In this document: positions 35,983 through 46,573 of the stretch, piece after piece
Layout of the letters: the number at the start of each line of letters is the position of its first letter
How positions within the stretch are numbered: the stretch's first letter is position 1
NCBI GenBank assembly: GCA_902795615.1
Contig: CADBLQ010000013.1
Span: 279 to 64,278 of the forward strand
DNA: 64,000 nucleotides
Direction: 5' to 3'
Source of the DNA: an uncultured Pseudomonadota bacterium
Lineage (GTDB): Bacteria > Pseudomonadota > Alphaproteobacteria > RUG11792
The notes under the pieces: generated by a model
What the model saw: only the letters and a program-made list of their open reading frames with translations
What the model was told of the DNA's origin: nothing
Database searches by the model: none
Position numbers and translations under genes: made by a program

Positions 35983-37338
35983 TCACAAGAACTTTACAAT
36001 ATCATTCAAAACTTTCTTGGCATCTCCTAAAAGCATTAGTGTATTAGGTTTATAAAATAATGGATTGTCTATACCAGCATACCCTGCATTTAGGGAACGC
36101 TTTATGACTATCACGGTTTTTGCCTTCCAAACTTCAAGTATTGGCATGCCATAAATAGGAGATGTTGGGTCATCTTTAGCACTTGGATTAGTAATATCAT
36201 TTGCTCCAACAACAATTACAATATCGGTAGCTGAGAATTCGTTATTGATATCATCAAGCTCGTATACGTAATCATCACTTATGTTAGCTTCTGCTAATAG
36301 CACATTCATATGTCCCGGCATACGACCTGCCACTGGATGTATTGCGAACTTTACTGTTACATTACGAGTAAATAATTTATCAATTAAATCTTTAACTGCA
36401 TGCTGTGCCTGTGCTACTGCCATACCATACCCGGGAACAACAACAATTGAACTAGCATTTTCTATCATATATGACACATCTTCGGTATTACATAACTTTA
36501 CGTTTTCAGTTGTTTTATGAGCAGAATTTACGACATGTTGATTTTGCTGAAATCCGACTAAAACCACTTGTGTAAGTTTACGGTTCATTCCTTTACACAT
36601 TATGTAACTCAAAATTGCTCCAGATGTTCCAACTAAAGCACCAGTGATTATTAATAATTGACTATTGGTGGTAAAACCGATACCTGCTGTAGCCCACCCC
36701 GAATATGAATTCAGCATTGATACTATAACAGGCATATCTGCTCCTCCAATCGGAATAATCATAGAATATCCAAACATTGTTGCCAACAATATAATTGTTC
36801 CAAAAGTTAAAATATTGGTAAAAACGAAAAATAATAATATTGAAATTAATAACGTAATACACATAAATATGTTTATAACATTTATATGTTTGATGAATGA
36901 ATTTTTAGTAATTCCTTGAAGTTTTAAAAATGCAACCAAAGAACCTGAAAAGGTGATTGCCCCTATTGCTACACCGAGAGCTATCTCTATTTTTTGGGAA
37001 AACTCTATTATCTCACTGTGTCTTGCTAATATGGTAGCGTCAGTACATACCGCAACTAACCCTATAAGACTGTGAAAAGCAGCAATAAGTTGTGGTAAAT
37101 CTTTCATTTTTACTTTATTAGCAATAAGATATCCAATAATGCTTCCTACGCTAATTACTCCCAAGGTCAACAATGTCTTTGTATTAAATGAAAACTTGGC
37201 AAATGTTGCTAATATAGCAATTGATATACCTATTATGGCAAGTGTATTGCCACGACTGGCAGAACGAATAGCAGATAATCCTCTGAGTGCTAGTATAAAT
37301 AATACCGCACATAATAAATATATGGAAGTAATTATCAT
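35983..37338 (-). CDS. pntB: NAD(P) transhydrogenase subunit beta
   Basis: GYGMAVAQAQH, FAIHPVAGRMPGHMNVLLAEA and GANDITNP are present. ATGA overlap with the upstream alpha-2 gene. Confidence 0.95.
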   Translation of the reverse strand: MIITSIYLLCAVLFILALRGLSAIRSASRGNTLAIIGISIAILATFAKFSFNTKTLLTLGVISVGSIIGYLIANKVKMKDLPQLIAAFHSLIGLVAVCTDATILARHSEIIEFSQKIEIALGVAIGAITFSGSLVAFLKLQGITKNSFIKHINVINIFMCITLLISILLFFVFTNILTFGTIILLATMFGYSMIIPIGGADMPVIVSMLNSYSGWATAGIGFTTNSQLLIITGALVGTSGAILSYIMCKGMNRKLTQVVLVGFQQNQHVVNSAHKTTENVKLCNTEDVSYMIENASSIVVVPGYGMAVAQAQHAVKDLIDKLFTRNVTVKFAIHPVAGRMPGHMNVLLAEANISDDYVYELDDINNEFSATDIVIVVGANDITNPSAKDDPTSPIYGMPILEVWKAKTVIVIKRSLNAGYAGIDNPLFYKPNTLMLLGDAKKVLNDIVKFL

Positions 37339-37649
37339 TTTTGGAACATCCTTAACATTTTACGTGTAATCGTAAAGCCCCCAAAAATATTAATTGAAGC
37401 TAGAAAAACAGCAATTAGGCTTAATGCAAAAGTTGAAGTGGTAATTTCTGCCTCCATAGCAAATGAAATACTAGTTACTATTATTATGCTTGATACAGCA
37501 TTTGTAACTGACATTAATGGAGCATGTAACGCTGGAGTAACGTGTGATATTACGTAAAATCCGACAAAACACGCTAACACAAGTATGGTAATACATTCAA
37601 TAGTGATCATAGTAAAAACCGAGGTATAAACATATTTGCATTGTAACAC
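37335..37649 (-). CDS. pntA: NAD(P) transhydrogenase alpha subunit, membrane part 2
   Basis: 104 aa with three TM helices and HAPLMSVTNAVSSIII. The soluble alpha-1 part is not in this window. Confidence 0.85.
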   Translation of the reverse strand: MLQCKYVYTSVFTMITIECITILVLACFVGFYVISHVTPALHAPLMSVTNAVSSIIIVTSISFAMEAEITTSTFALSLIAVFLASINIFGGFTITRKMLRMFQK

Positions 37650-37677
37650 CTAAGTGCATTCATGTTGCAGTTAGTGT

Positions 37678-38532
37678 ATGCTATATGTGATGGAGTATAA
37701 TGTCCGAAGAAATATGACTGATAATTACAATAGTAATTTTAATCAACCAAACGGAAAAGATAAACAGCCAGTTTACGACAGTTTTATTGATAGTATTGAA
37801 GAGGAAATACGTAAAGAAAATTATCAAAAACTTTGGAATAAGTATGGCAAATTAATCACCATTGTTGTTTCTCTAGCTCTTGTGGGGACAACCGGGTATT
37901 CATTTTGGAAAAAACATGATTTGCAAGAAAAAGAGGCTATTTCAGCACAGTTTACTATTGCTCTGAATGAACTAAATTCTGATAAAAATGGTAGTGCATT
38001 GGCTCATTTTCGCGAATTAGGAAAATGTAAAAAAAAGAATTATGCCACTTTTGCTAAATTTGAATATGCTACATTGCTAATGGATAAACGGGATAAAAAA
38101 GCAATTGCGGAGTACAAATCAATCTGTGACAATAAAAAAGTGGAGCAACTTTACAGAGATCTTGCTTACGTATATTACGTAAATGCTTCATTGGATTTAT
38201 TGGATGAGAAAGAATTAAAAACTAAGATACCAGAATTTATTAAAAAACTTTCGAATAAATATATAGGAAAAAAATGGAATTTTTTAGCACTTGAATCTTT
38301 GGGATATTGTTACGTTAAACAGCATAATTACGTAAAGGCTAGAGATACTTTTTCAGAATTGGCAAAATCTGAAAAAATACCAGAAGCAATGTTGGAACGT
38401 ACTCGAGAAATGATACAATACGTTAATCAGCAAATTGATCAGCTTAAAACTGACAAAACTGAAGACAGTGATGAAGGTAAAAACCAAAAATCTCACAATG
38501 TTGCTAATCAAAAAAAATTAAAAAACAAATAA
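37678..38532 (+). CDS. YfgM-like TPR membrane protein
   Basis: A single TM segment (LITIVVSLALVGTTGYSFW) is followed by helical-repeat sequence. Its position immediately upstream of bamB-der matches the yfgM-bamB-der arrangement. The true start may be an internal ATG (37714). Confidence 0.5.
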   Translation: MLYVMEYNVRRNMTDNYNSNFNQPNGKDKQPVYDSFIDSIEEEIRKENYQKLWNKYGKLITIVVSLALVGTTGYSFWKKHDLQEKEAISAQFTIALNELNSDKNGSALAHFRELGKCKKKNYATFAKFEYATLLMDKRDKKAIAEYKSICDNKKVEQLYRDLAYVYYVNASLDLLDEKELKTKIPEFIKKLSNKYIGKKWNFLALESLGYCYVKQHNYVKARDTFSELAKSEKIPEAMLERTREMIQYVNQQIDQLKTDKTEDSDEGKNQKSHNVANQKKLKNK

Positions 38533-38542
38533 GGAAGGTCAA

Positions 38543-39826
38543 ATGTATAAAAAATTAATAACATGCTTATGTTTATCTATCGCATTATGTGCTTGTCATA
38601 AAAAGGAAATTTTAAAAGGAAAACGTGACAGTATAGTTGGTGTTACGTACACTGAAATGGATGTTAATAATGATGAAAGTCATATTGAACTGCGAACTCC
38701 TGTTAATTCCAATGAATTGATTGAGTTGTTTGATAATCATCAACATTTATCAATGAACCATTCGTTTAGTTCACATCCTAAAATCAAATGGCATAAGCGT
38801 TTAGGAAAAAAGCCGATTGTTTCTAATATCTTAGTATTTGATGACAAACTGTACATGGTAAATGGAAACGGCGAATTATGTTGCTTAGAGAAACAAACGG
38901 GAAGATTATTATGGAAGACAAAGGTTGCCACTCAACCGAATTCAGGACGCTTTTCTGGTGGCATTAGTGCAAATAAAAATATAGTTTATCTGGCAACTAA
39001 TATGTCAGAAGTAATAGCTTTTGATACCAAAACTCGAAAACAACTCTGGAAAAAGAATTTAGATGGTATGGTCAAAGGTGTTCCTGTATTCGCTAATGGA
39101 AAGTTAATTGTTAATACATCGTCAAATAAAACCTATGCTCTTAATGCCAGTGATGGTAGTGTAATATGGGGATATGAGACAAGCCCAGCGGAAATTGCTG
39201 GTACTGTTCTTGGTACACCTGCGGTATATAAAGATAGTGTGATTTGCGTTTATTCAAATGGTGATGTCGTTTCATTAAAACTATCAGATGGGTCAGTTAA
39301 TTGGTCGGACGTTTTAATTCCCAACTCAATTGTGCAAAGTGGTAGTACAGCGGTATTTCATATTTCTGCGTCCCCCATAATTATCGGAGACAAAGTCTTA
39401 GTTATTAACTCGTTTTCTAGTATGACTATGTTTGATGCACAAACGGGATTACGTCTTTGGTCTAGAGATTTTGGAACCTTATTGCACCCTGCTATAGTGG
39501 ACGATAATTGGATGTTTGTTTTAGCAGGTAATGAATTATTATGTGTTTCATTGAAAACTGGGGTATTGAAATGGAAAAGTAAATCATTACATGAAATGCT
39601 GACTAAAAATAAAGAGCTTAAAAAGTATCCTTGGTATGGTCCTCTGGTTGTAAACAATCAATTGTGGATTTTTGGTGAATGTGCAAGTATTTTGAAATTT
39701 GATGTATCCACAGGTACTTATTTGGGAAATATATACATACACCATGTAAGACACCGTGATGCTCCTGTGATCGTTGGCAATACTATGTATGCTACAGCTT
39801 ATGGAAAGGTGTATGCAATCAGTTAA
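38543..39826 (+). CDS. bamB: outer-membrane protein assembly factor BamB
   Basis: Lipobox LSIALCAC. Repeated PQQ-like beta-propeller blades are present (G.LLWK, KQLWKK, GSVIWGY, GSVNWS, GLRLWS, GVLKWK). Confidence 0.8.
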   Translation: MYKKLITCLCLSIALCACHKKEILKGKRDSIVGVTYTEMDVNNDESHIELRTPVNSNELIELFDNHQHLSMNHSFSSHPKIKWHKRLGKKPIVSNILVFDDKLYMVNGNGELCCLEKQTGRLLWKTKVATQPNSGRFSGGISANKNIVYLATNMSEVIAFDTKTRKQLWKKNLDGMVKGVPVFANGKLIVNTSSNKTYALNASDGSVIWGYETSPAEIAGTVLGTPAVYKDSVICVYSNGDVVSLKLSDGSVNWSDVLIPNSIVQSGSTAVFHISASPIIIGDKVLVINSFSSMTMFDAQTGLRLWSRDFGTLLHPAIVDDNWMFVLAGNELLCVSLKTGVLKWKSKSLHEMLTKNKELKKYPWYGPLVVNNQLWIFGECASILKFDVSTGTYLGNIYIHHVRHRDAPVIVGNTMYATAYGKVYAIS

Positions 39827-41165
39827 CCACTTTAGAATAGCTTTAATGGGTCGTACGAATGTTGGCAAATCAACGCTATTTAATAGGCTAGTTAGAGCAA
39901 ATAATGCTTTAACTTATAATCGCCCGGGAGTTACACGTGATGCTAAAGAAAAGCTCATAACTATTTTTGATAAATCTGTCGTGCTTATTGATACACCGGG
40001 AATGTTTGACTATGCAGAATGTGATAATAAACCGGAATTGATGAATGCTATAAATAAAAAATTGTCTGATATCATCAGTACATCCAATATTGTAATATTT
40101 GTAACTGATGGAATTGTTGGATTGACTGCAAATGATTTAAGAACTGCTGAGATTTTACGCAAGTCGGGTAAACACGTTATCATGGCAGTTAATAAAACTG
40201 AGGGAAAAGTTAAGGAACAGGCGTACGCAGATGCTGTATCGCTTGGATTTGAAAATACAATTGCGATATCTGCAGAACACGGTTTGGGTATAGATGAGTT
40301 ATTAGAATGTGTGTACGAATATATTCCTGAACGAAATGGACAACCAGAAGTAACATATGAACATAAATTTATAAAGCTAGCATTTTTAGGACGCCCTAAC
40401 GTTGGTAAATCAACCTTGACTAATAGTCTTTTGGGTACGGATAAGCAGTTAGTTGCAGATTTTCCTGGCTTAACTCGTGAAAGTTCAGTTTTTGACTTTG
40501 AATATAAAGGTAGAAACTTTAAATTAATCGATACTCCTGGAGTACGACGTAAGGCGAGAATACACGATAGATTGGAGAAATTTTCTGTTGCTAGTTCATT
40601 ACGATCATATAGACATGCAGACGTCGTAGTTTTAATGATTGATGCAACAAGTGTTGATGAGGGTTTAGAAAAACAGGATTTGACGTTAGCATCTAAGGTT
40701 TTGAAGGATGGTAGAGCATTGATACTGGCATTTAATAAATATGATAAAACTAATTTCAAAAAAAATTCGAAACCAAAACAACTTATTTATGATATACAGC
40801 ATGGGTTATCTCAACACAAAGATGTACCATTTATTTTTATATCTGCATTAAATAATGATAATTTAGGAAAATTAATGGACTTAGTCATACAAACATATGA
40901 AAAACATAGAATTAAAATTAGTACCCCTAAATTAAACACATGGCTAAAGGTAATAAATAATACTAGTATCATGAAAAGTGCATCAGTAAAATTCAAATTG
41001 AAATATATTACGCAAGTTGGGGAAACACCACCTACCTTTTTAGTGTTTATATCAAAACTAAATGAGTTAAGAAAAGACCAAGAGAGATTTATACAAAATC
41101 ATTTTAAACAGCATTTTAATTTGCAGGATACTGTAGTTAAATTAATATTTAAAAACGGAAATTAA
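39813..41165 (+). CDS. der: ribosome-biogenesis GTPase Der (EngA)
   Basis: Two tandem GTPase domains (GRTNVGKSTLFNRL / DTPG / NKTE, and GRPNVGKSTLTNSL / DTPG / NKYD) plus a KH-like C-terminus. The ATG at 39813 overlaps the bamB end by 14 nt. Confidence 0.9.
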   Translation: MQSVNHFRIALMGRTNVGKSTLFNRLVRANNALTYNRPGVTRDAKEKLITIFDKSVVLIDTPGMFDYAECDNKPELMNAINKKLSDIISTSNIVIFVTDGIVGLTANDLRTAEILRKSGKHVIMAVNKTEGKVKEQAYADAVSLGFENTIAISAEHGLGIDELLECVYEYIPERNGQPEVTYEHKFIKLAFLGRPNVGKSTLTNSLLGTDKQLVADFPGLTRESSVFDFEYKGRNFKLIDTPGVRRKARIHDRLEKFSVASSLRSYRHADVVVLMIDATSVDEGLEKQDLTLASKVLKDGRALILAFNKYDKTNFKKNSKPKQLIYDIQHGLSQHKDVPFIFISALNNDNLGKLMDLVIQTYEKHRIKISTPKLNTWLKVINNTSIMKSASVKFKLKYITQVGETPPTFLVFISKLNELRKDQERFIQNHFKQHFNLQDTVVKLIFKNGN

Positions 41166-41248
41166 TAATCCAGGGTAATCGTCATTGCCTTGTATTCGCA
41201 TGAACAATTATGTTGAAATGAATATGATAGTTGCTGTACAGTTGGGCA

Positions 41249-42028
41249 ATGGATTTTATTTCAGACGATAATAATTCAGGAAATTTCTGGTTAGAGATTA
41301 AAAAGCTGGTAAAAAGTTTAATTAAAACGTTTATAGGACTGTTTCTTTTGTTCAGTCTTTTGTATCAGCCATTTAAAATACCATCTGAATCAATGGTTCC
41401 CACTTTACTAATTGGTGATTTCCTATTAGTTGATAAATATTGCTATGGATATACTAATGACTCATTTCGTATGTGGAATAAAACATTACCATTGCCAAAA
41501 TTTACAAAGCGTATTTTCGCTAGTAAAAAACCTACATATGGAGATGTTATAGTATTCCACAATCCCAAAGATGGGCATAAAAATTACATTAAACGCATTA
41601 TTGGTATGCCGGGCGATAAAGTTCAGTTAAAGGATGGTGTTGTATTCATAAATGATAAAAAATGCGAAATAACTGATGAAGATACTTATTCCTTAATGAG
41701 TAAAGGAGAATACAGAATATTTAAAAAATATACAGAAACCTTACCAAATGGATATAAACACGTAATAATAAAATACTTTCCTTTTGGTAAAGGGCATCTT
41801 GATAACGTAGGTCCATATAATATTCCTAAGGGGCATTATTTCGTTATGGGCGATAATCGGGATAATTCCTCTGATAGTAGAGTTATGGAGACATGTGGCT
41901 TTATCCCAGATGAACGAGTCATGGGGCAGGCAAAATGTCTATTTTTCTCATCAAGTTGTAATTGGTATCAAGTCTTCGATTGGTTATTTTCAATAAGATA
42001 TGAACGTATATTTACCAAAATAAGATAG
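41249..42028 (+). CDS. lepB: signal peptidase I
   Basis: Catalytic Ser box PSESMVPTL, Lys box YIKRIIGMPGD, and GDNRDNSSDSR. Confidence 0.9.
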   Translation: MDFISDDNNSGNFWLEIKKLVKSLIKTFIGLFLLFSLLYQPFKIPSESMVPTLLIGDFLLVDKYCYGYTNDSFRMWNKTLPLPKFTKRIFASKKPTYGDVIVFHNPKDGHKNYIKRIIGMPGDKVQLKDGVVFINDKKCEITDEDTYSLMSKGEYRIFKKYTETLPNGYKHVIIKYFPFGKGHLDNVGPYNIPKGHYFVMGDNRDNSSDSRVMETCGFIPDERVMGQAKCLFFSSSCNWYQVFDWLFSIRYERIFTKIR

Positions 42029-42035
42029 TTATAAT

Positions 42036-42746
42036 ATGTATTATAATAAGAATATAAATAAAAGATTAGCTATATCAATAGAAAAAGTAAACAATTTAGA
42101 GTGCTTATTATGTTACGAGTTTAAAAACAAAGAGACTATTCGCTCGGCATTACGGCATTCTAGTATTAAGGTAGTAGCAATTCCGTTTGAAAGATTAGAG
42201 TTTTTGGGAGATCGTGTACTTGGTGTTGTAATTGCCGAATATATATACAGAACGACCCGTGGAGATGAAGGCGGCATGGCTCGTATGCATTCTGCCTTGG
42301 TATGTGCAGATGCATGTTACACAATTGCATTGCAATTAGGAATAAATGAAATCATTAAAACTGCCGGATTACATTTAAGAAATAATAAAACCGTATTAGC
42401 AGATGCAATGGAGGCTGTTTTAGGAGCAGTTTTTACAGATAGTGACAGAGATTATTTACGATTAGAAAGTATAATTTTGCACTTATGGAAACCACTTATA
42501 ATTCAATATTGTGCTTCTGAGCAAGAACCTAAAACGCAATTACAGGAGCTAGTACATGCTCGTTCAAATACATTCCCAGTTTATACGTTATTAGATATAG
42601 GAGGTTCAAAACACCAACCTGTATTTAAGGTACAGGTATCAGCACTTGGTAAGACTGTTGAAACGTTAGGGCATTCGAAAAAGGAAGCAGAAACATTGGC
42701 TGCTCGTGAGATGCTACATCTGTTGCGTAATGACGAGTGGACTTAA
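42036..42746 (+). CDS. rnc: ribonuclease III
   Basis: ERLEFLGDRVLG, ADAMEAVLGAVF and a C-terminal dsRBD (KHQPVFKVQV...SKKEAETLAAREML). Confidence 0.9.
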   Translation: MYYNKNINKRLAISIEKVNNLECLLCYEFKNKETIRSALRHSSIKVVAIPFERLEFLGDRVLGVVIAEYIYRTTRGDEGGMARMHSALVCADACYTIALQLGINEIIKTAGLHLRNNKTVLADAMEAVLGAVFTDSDRDYLRLESIILHLWKPLIIQYCASEQEPKTQLQELVHARSNTFPVYTLLDIGGSKHQPVFKVQVSALGKTVETLGHSKKEAETLAAREMLHLLRNDEWT

Positions 42747-42757
42747 CAAAGTAATAC

Positions 42758-43873
42758 ATGCCATTTTATAAATGTAAAGTTATTAGCTCGACATATGAAA
42801 TCTATAAAAAGGTGCTATATGCACGATCGGAAAATGAACTTCTGCAAAGAAACCAGGATATTATTAACTATAGACAGTACAATCCCAAAATAAATTTTCG
42901 AGAATTTTCACTACAGTTATTTAGAATAATGCAGCGTTTAACAGCTAATAGTTATAATACTGTTCAGGCTCTAACAGTTGCCGAAAATTGCTTTAGTGGT
43001 GTACAAAAATCAATAATCCAAACTATTTTATATGATATACGGCACGGAACTACATTTTCAGAAGCTTTAAAGCAGTTCTCACAGTGTTTTGACTTAACAA
43101 TTATTGAAATTTTAAGAGTATCGGAACTAACAGGTAGATTAACAGAATCAATTGAAAATATAATTAAATATATTGAATATAATAATCAATTTAATACTAA
43201 AATTAAAAATGCAACACGTTATCCAATTTTTGTTTTAATATTAATCTTCGTTATTTCAGTTATTTGGATTGTATGGATTATTCCGCAATTTGGACAGATT
43301 TTTACGGATTTAGAATTACCTACTCCTACAATAACAAGTTGGATGTTAAGCCTGGGTAGTGCTATAAGAAAGCATTATGTGATAGCAATGACTGTTACCC
43401 CGATAATTTTTGTTGCGTATAGACACCTGCATTTTAAAATACCTATAATTTCAAAATTTACTGATGAAATTAATAAATTACAGTTTTTTGATACAATGGC
43501 GTTAATGTTGCGTGAAAAAATTCATTTAATAGATGCAATAAAATGTGTTACAAGACGTAAAGAATTTGAAAAATACTCAGAATTAGTAGAATTAATTATT
43601 CATGGATATAGTTTTTCATATGCAGCGGAAAAACTAGAGATTTTTTCAAATGAAGAAATTGCTATTATGTCCGTTAGTGAACAAACTGGACAATACTGGG
43701 TTGCGTTTAACACATTTGCTGATATGATGAAACTGCGTATAGATAACAACTTAAACTTAATAACTAAGCGACTACCATCTATACTTATATGTGTAGTTGG
43801 TATAATACTAGTTATATTTATATACGGCACATTTATGCCATTATATTCCAGTATCGACCTTGTAACTAATTAG
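42758..43873 (+). CDS. type II secretion / type IV pilus platform protein (GspF/PilC family)
   Basis: Two T2SS-F repeats: FSLQLFRIMQRLTANSYNTVQAL...I..GTTFSEAL...SELTGRL...YPIFVLILIFV...IIPQF..IF..LELPTPT, and a second repeat ending MPLYSSID. 371 aa. Confidence 0.7.
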   Translation: MPFYKCKVISSTYEIYKKVLYARSENELLQRNQDIINYRQYNPKINFREFSLQLFRIMQRLTANSYNTVQALTVAENCFSGVQKSIIQTILYDIRHGTTFSEALKQFSQCFDLTIIEILRVSELTGRLTESIENIIKYIEYNNQFNTKIKNATRYPIFVLILIFVISVIWIVWIIPQFGQIFTDLELPTPTITSWMLSLGSAIRKHYVIAMTVTPIIFVAYRHLHFKIPIISKFTDEINKLQFFDTMALMLREKIHLIDAIKCVTRRKEFEKYSELVELIIHGYSFSYAAEKLEIFSNEEIAIMSVSEQTGQYWVAFNTFADMMKLRIDNNLNLITKRLPSILICVVGIILVIFIYGTFMPLYSSIDLVTN

Positions 43874-43959
43874 GTATAAAAATTTTAACAATAGCTGGTT
43901 GACGTAGTACACAATGACAGTTTATAATTACGCTAGAAGGGTATTTCATTGTTTTAAAT

Positions 43960-46440
43960 ATGAAAAAAATTCTATTATTAGCTTCAGTGCTTAGTTTGGC
44001 AACGGTAGTCATTCCACAGTTTGGTTTCGTTAGTGAGTTACATGCGTCAAGTAGTAATCGATCAGAACAATTTGATTTTTATACTGTAGATAAAAAACGT
44101 TTTAAAGTGTGTTGTGATACAATACAATCCAATATTGACGCCTATGCAAAAATTTTGCCGGAAAATATAAAGCAAAGTTATTGGGCAACTTCAAATGAAT
44201 GGTCATCATCAATTGATAATCTGAAAATTCTAGCATATTGGGGACACAACTCAAATCAAGAAAAACACAATCAGATTGTCCAGTGCTTTGCTAAACAACA
44301 AGTGTCGGAATTCCAGGCAAGTAATGGGATTAAAACTGCCTCTTTGTTAGCACAACGAAATGGTCTAGGTGTGTATGAAGCTTTATATTTAATTAATCAC
44401 AATGAAAACATCAAAGCTAAATATGAAGAAGTTTTAGATAAATTTTATGATCTAGACACCTACTTTGAGGATAAAAAGAAAGACGCAGTTTGGGATTTTA
44501 AAAAGTTACAACGGGATTTTACTACGGAACTATTCACCATGGTAATAAATAATATTGCTAAAGCTTACAGAAATGTTAAGTCCACACTTAGTTCTCAAAC
44601 TCTGTCGGAAATCTACTTTAAAAATATGAAATGCCTATTACACGACCTTAACATTTACTTGAATCAATTCGGAATATTGACTGGTGTTGTTGTACCTAAA
44701 CAAAAAACCGTAACATCTCCAAAAAAGAAGTCAGCATGTGAAGAATTAGGTACTGAGTATGAATATATTGACTCCGCTGTTGACACTATTTCTGAAAAAA
44801 GTAAACAATTCGATGCAGACCCCACAAACACCGACACGCTGATTAATCGTGATAATTTTATATCAGAATTGTCGGATAAATTACACGAAGAATATCCCGG
44901 GGATACGAAAGAGGGAACTAGGGATTATATTGACGAAAAACTACGAAGAATTGGAGAATTAAACAAAAACCCGGTGTGTCTGTCTGGCTTTCATTGGAAA
45001 TCAGATGTGGAAAAACTAAAGGATTTCTGTTTCAGTACCCTCCCTGGTATGATTGAAAAACTTTCCGAAGGGCGAAAAATTTCTCGAACTTCGGATGTGA
45101 TTAGCGATTTTGGGTACGTCTTGAGCGATAGTAACAGTTTTCCTTTTGATAGTAGTAGTACAGTGCTGTATGAAACCCTCCTAAAACTAGACTTAGTTGC
45201 ATGCTACCTTAAAGATCAGGTTACCTCTTTAGTTCAAAGGTTTGATGATGACGAAACACGAGAAAGTAAGGCTGAACAGATGATAAAAGAATTTGGCTTT
45301 ATAAATAAAGAATTTTCCCCAGACAAGCGCTCTTTCAAAGATGTTGACGAATTTATTAAGAGGAAGCGGAAAGAAATAAATCAGCAATTAGAACCCGCTA
45401 AAACGACGAAAAAACGTCAAGACCAGATTGAAAGGGCATGCTTGAAAATTGCTAAATATTTGAATATAGAACCCAATAAGAGACTTACCGAGTGTTTTAA
45501 AAAAGTTGGTTGTATATTTGCTGGCAAACCTTTAACTGAAATAAAAACCGACATGGATTTTGAAAATCGGGTTGTCTGTAGTGCCAAGTTTCTAACCTCT
45601 GAGCTACCAATGCTAATAGATGAAAACAATAAAAGTGGGTATATAACGATTGACACAGCACTTTCGATACTTGAGAACGCTAAATTAGATGAATTTAATT
45701 CAGCAGAGAAGTTATTTAACGAGTTATCAGATCAACTTAAGGTCACGGGCATAATGCAATATAGAATTAAAAAATTGGAAGAACTTGCAAACGTGAAAAT
45801 AAAATCAGAAGAAACTCGCATAAAACTGCACGGTTACTTATGTCGAAATTATGTAAAGAACGGTAGCAACCTTGACACTTATAAAACTATCGATACATTT
45901 TTTGAACAACATAAAAATGATATAACATTAATTAATTACATAAAGTCAATCAAACCAGCGGATGAATTCACATATTTAACTGGATTGATGCTGTCAAAAG
46001 CAGAAAATGAAACGGGGAGACAGGTCACCAGAAGTGGTATTTGTCACGACTGTGTAAAGGCTTATTTAGAGCTCGAACATAAAGTTTTTGACTATAAAAA
46101 AGTATCCGTAGATAATCCACAGTTTGACGAAATGTGGCAGGATGCTAACGAATTCTTTTTAAAAACGTTGCCTCTTTATAGAATAGAGGCTAAAGATAGA
46201 ATAGAGGCTGAAGATAAGGGTATGTTGTCCAGTAATCAGTCCATTCCGGGCATTTATGAACGACTTCTACATTCATTTTATCTAGAATGTGTTGATTTTT
46301 TTATCTACAGTTCTGAAAAACTAAGTGTTGCCAATCCAAAAAATTTAACAGAACTAATGGATAGAGTCGTCAATCGAGTAGCTAAGGATGCTAGAGATTT
46401 TGATTCTTTTAGACGGCGACTAACAATGAAAGCTCAGTAA
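43960..46440 (+). CDS. large hypothetical secreted protein
   Basis: 826-aa ORF with signal peptide MKKILLLASVLSLATVVIPQFG. It is mostly helical and charged, with no domain I recognise. An 18-bp unit occurs twice in tandem at 46183..46218 (RIEAKD/RIEAED). Confidence 0.6.
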   Translation: MKKILLLASVLSLATVVIPQFGFVSELHASSSNRSEQFDFYTVDKKRFKVCCDTIQSNIDAYAKILPENIKQSYWATSNEWSSSIDNLKILAYWGHNSNQEKHNQIVQCFAKQQVSEFQASNGIKTASLLAQRNGLGVYEALYLINHNENIKAKYEEVLDKFYDLDTYFEDKKKDAVWDFKKLQRDFTTELFTMVINNIAKAYRNVKSTLSSQTLSEIYFKNMKCLLHDLNIYLNQFGILTGVVVPKQKTVTSPKKKSACEELGTEYEYIDSAVDTISEKSKQFDADPTNTDTLINRDNFISELSDKLHEEYPGDTKEGTRDYIDEKLRRIGELNKNPVCLSGFHWKSDVEKLKDFCFSTLPGMIEKLSEGRKISRTSDVISDFGYVLSDSNSFPFDSSSTVLYETLLKLDLVACYLKDQVTSLVQRFDDDETRESKAEQMIKEFGFINKEFSPDKRSFKDVDEFIKRKRKEINQQLEPAKTTKKRQDQIERACLKIAKYLNIEPNKRLTECFKKVGCIFAGKPLTEIKTDMDFENRVVCSAKFLTSELPMLIDENNKSGYITIDTALSILENAKLDEFNSAEKLFNELSDQLKVTGIMQYRIKKLEELANVKIKSEETRIKLHGYLCRNYVKNGSNLDTYKTIDTFFEQHKNDITLINYIKSIKPADEFTYLTGLMLSKAENETGRQVTRSGICHDCVKAYLELEHKVFDYKKVSVDNPQFDEMWQDANEFFLKTLPLYRIEAKDRIEAEDKGMLSSNQSIPGIYERLLHSFYLECVDFFIYSSEKLSVANPKNLTELMDRVVNRVAKDARDFDSFRRRLTMKAQ

Positions 46441-46573
46441 TGGATGTTGATTATAAGGAAGAGTTTTTAACCGAATTGACATAGAGATATTAAGCGTAGT
46501 ACAATGGGAAGGAAATTGCTAGAGCAGTTTCCTCTCTCCGAAACACGCTGTATGGTTCAATATTAAAATTCTA

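Noticed and set aside
40010-40759. Long antisense ORFs inside well-supported genes. Examples are 40010..40759 opposite der, 28743..29408 and 29409..29687 opposite the autotransporter, 47079..47582 opposite lolC, 31327..31815 opposite rplY, 34570..35022 opposite nupC, 58578..59078, 61400..61867 opposite dnaG, and 7130..7510 and 7634..7990 opposite alaS.
   Set aside because: Each lies fully inside a gene with strong family motifs on the other strand. Their products are low-complexity or Ser/Leu/Phe-rich with no motifs. Such shadow ORFs are expected opposite long genes.
46507-46540. Imperfect hairpin (AGGAAA...TTTCCT with a 12-13-nt loop) between the convergent 826-aa gene and lolC, considered as a terminator.
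   Set aside because: The stem is only 6 bp with a large loop and no flanking T or A runs. It is too weak to call.
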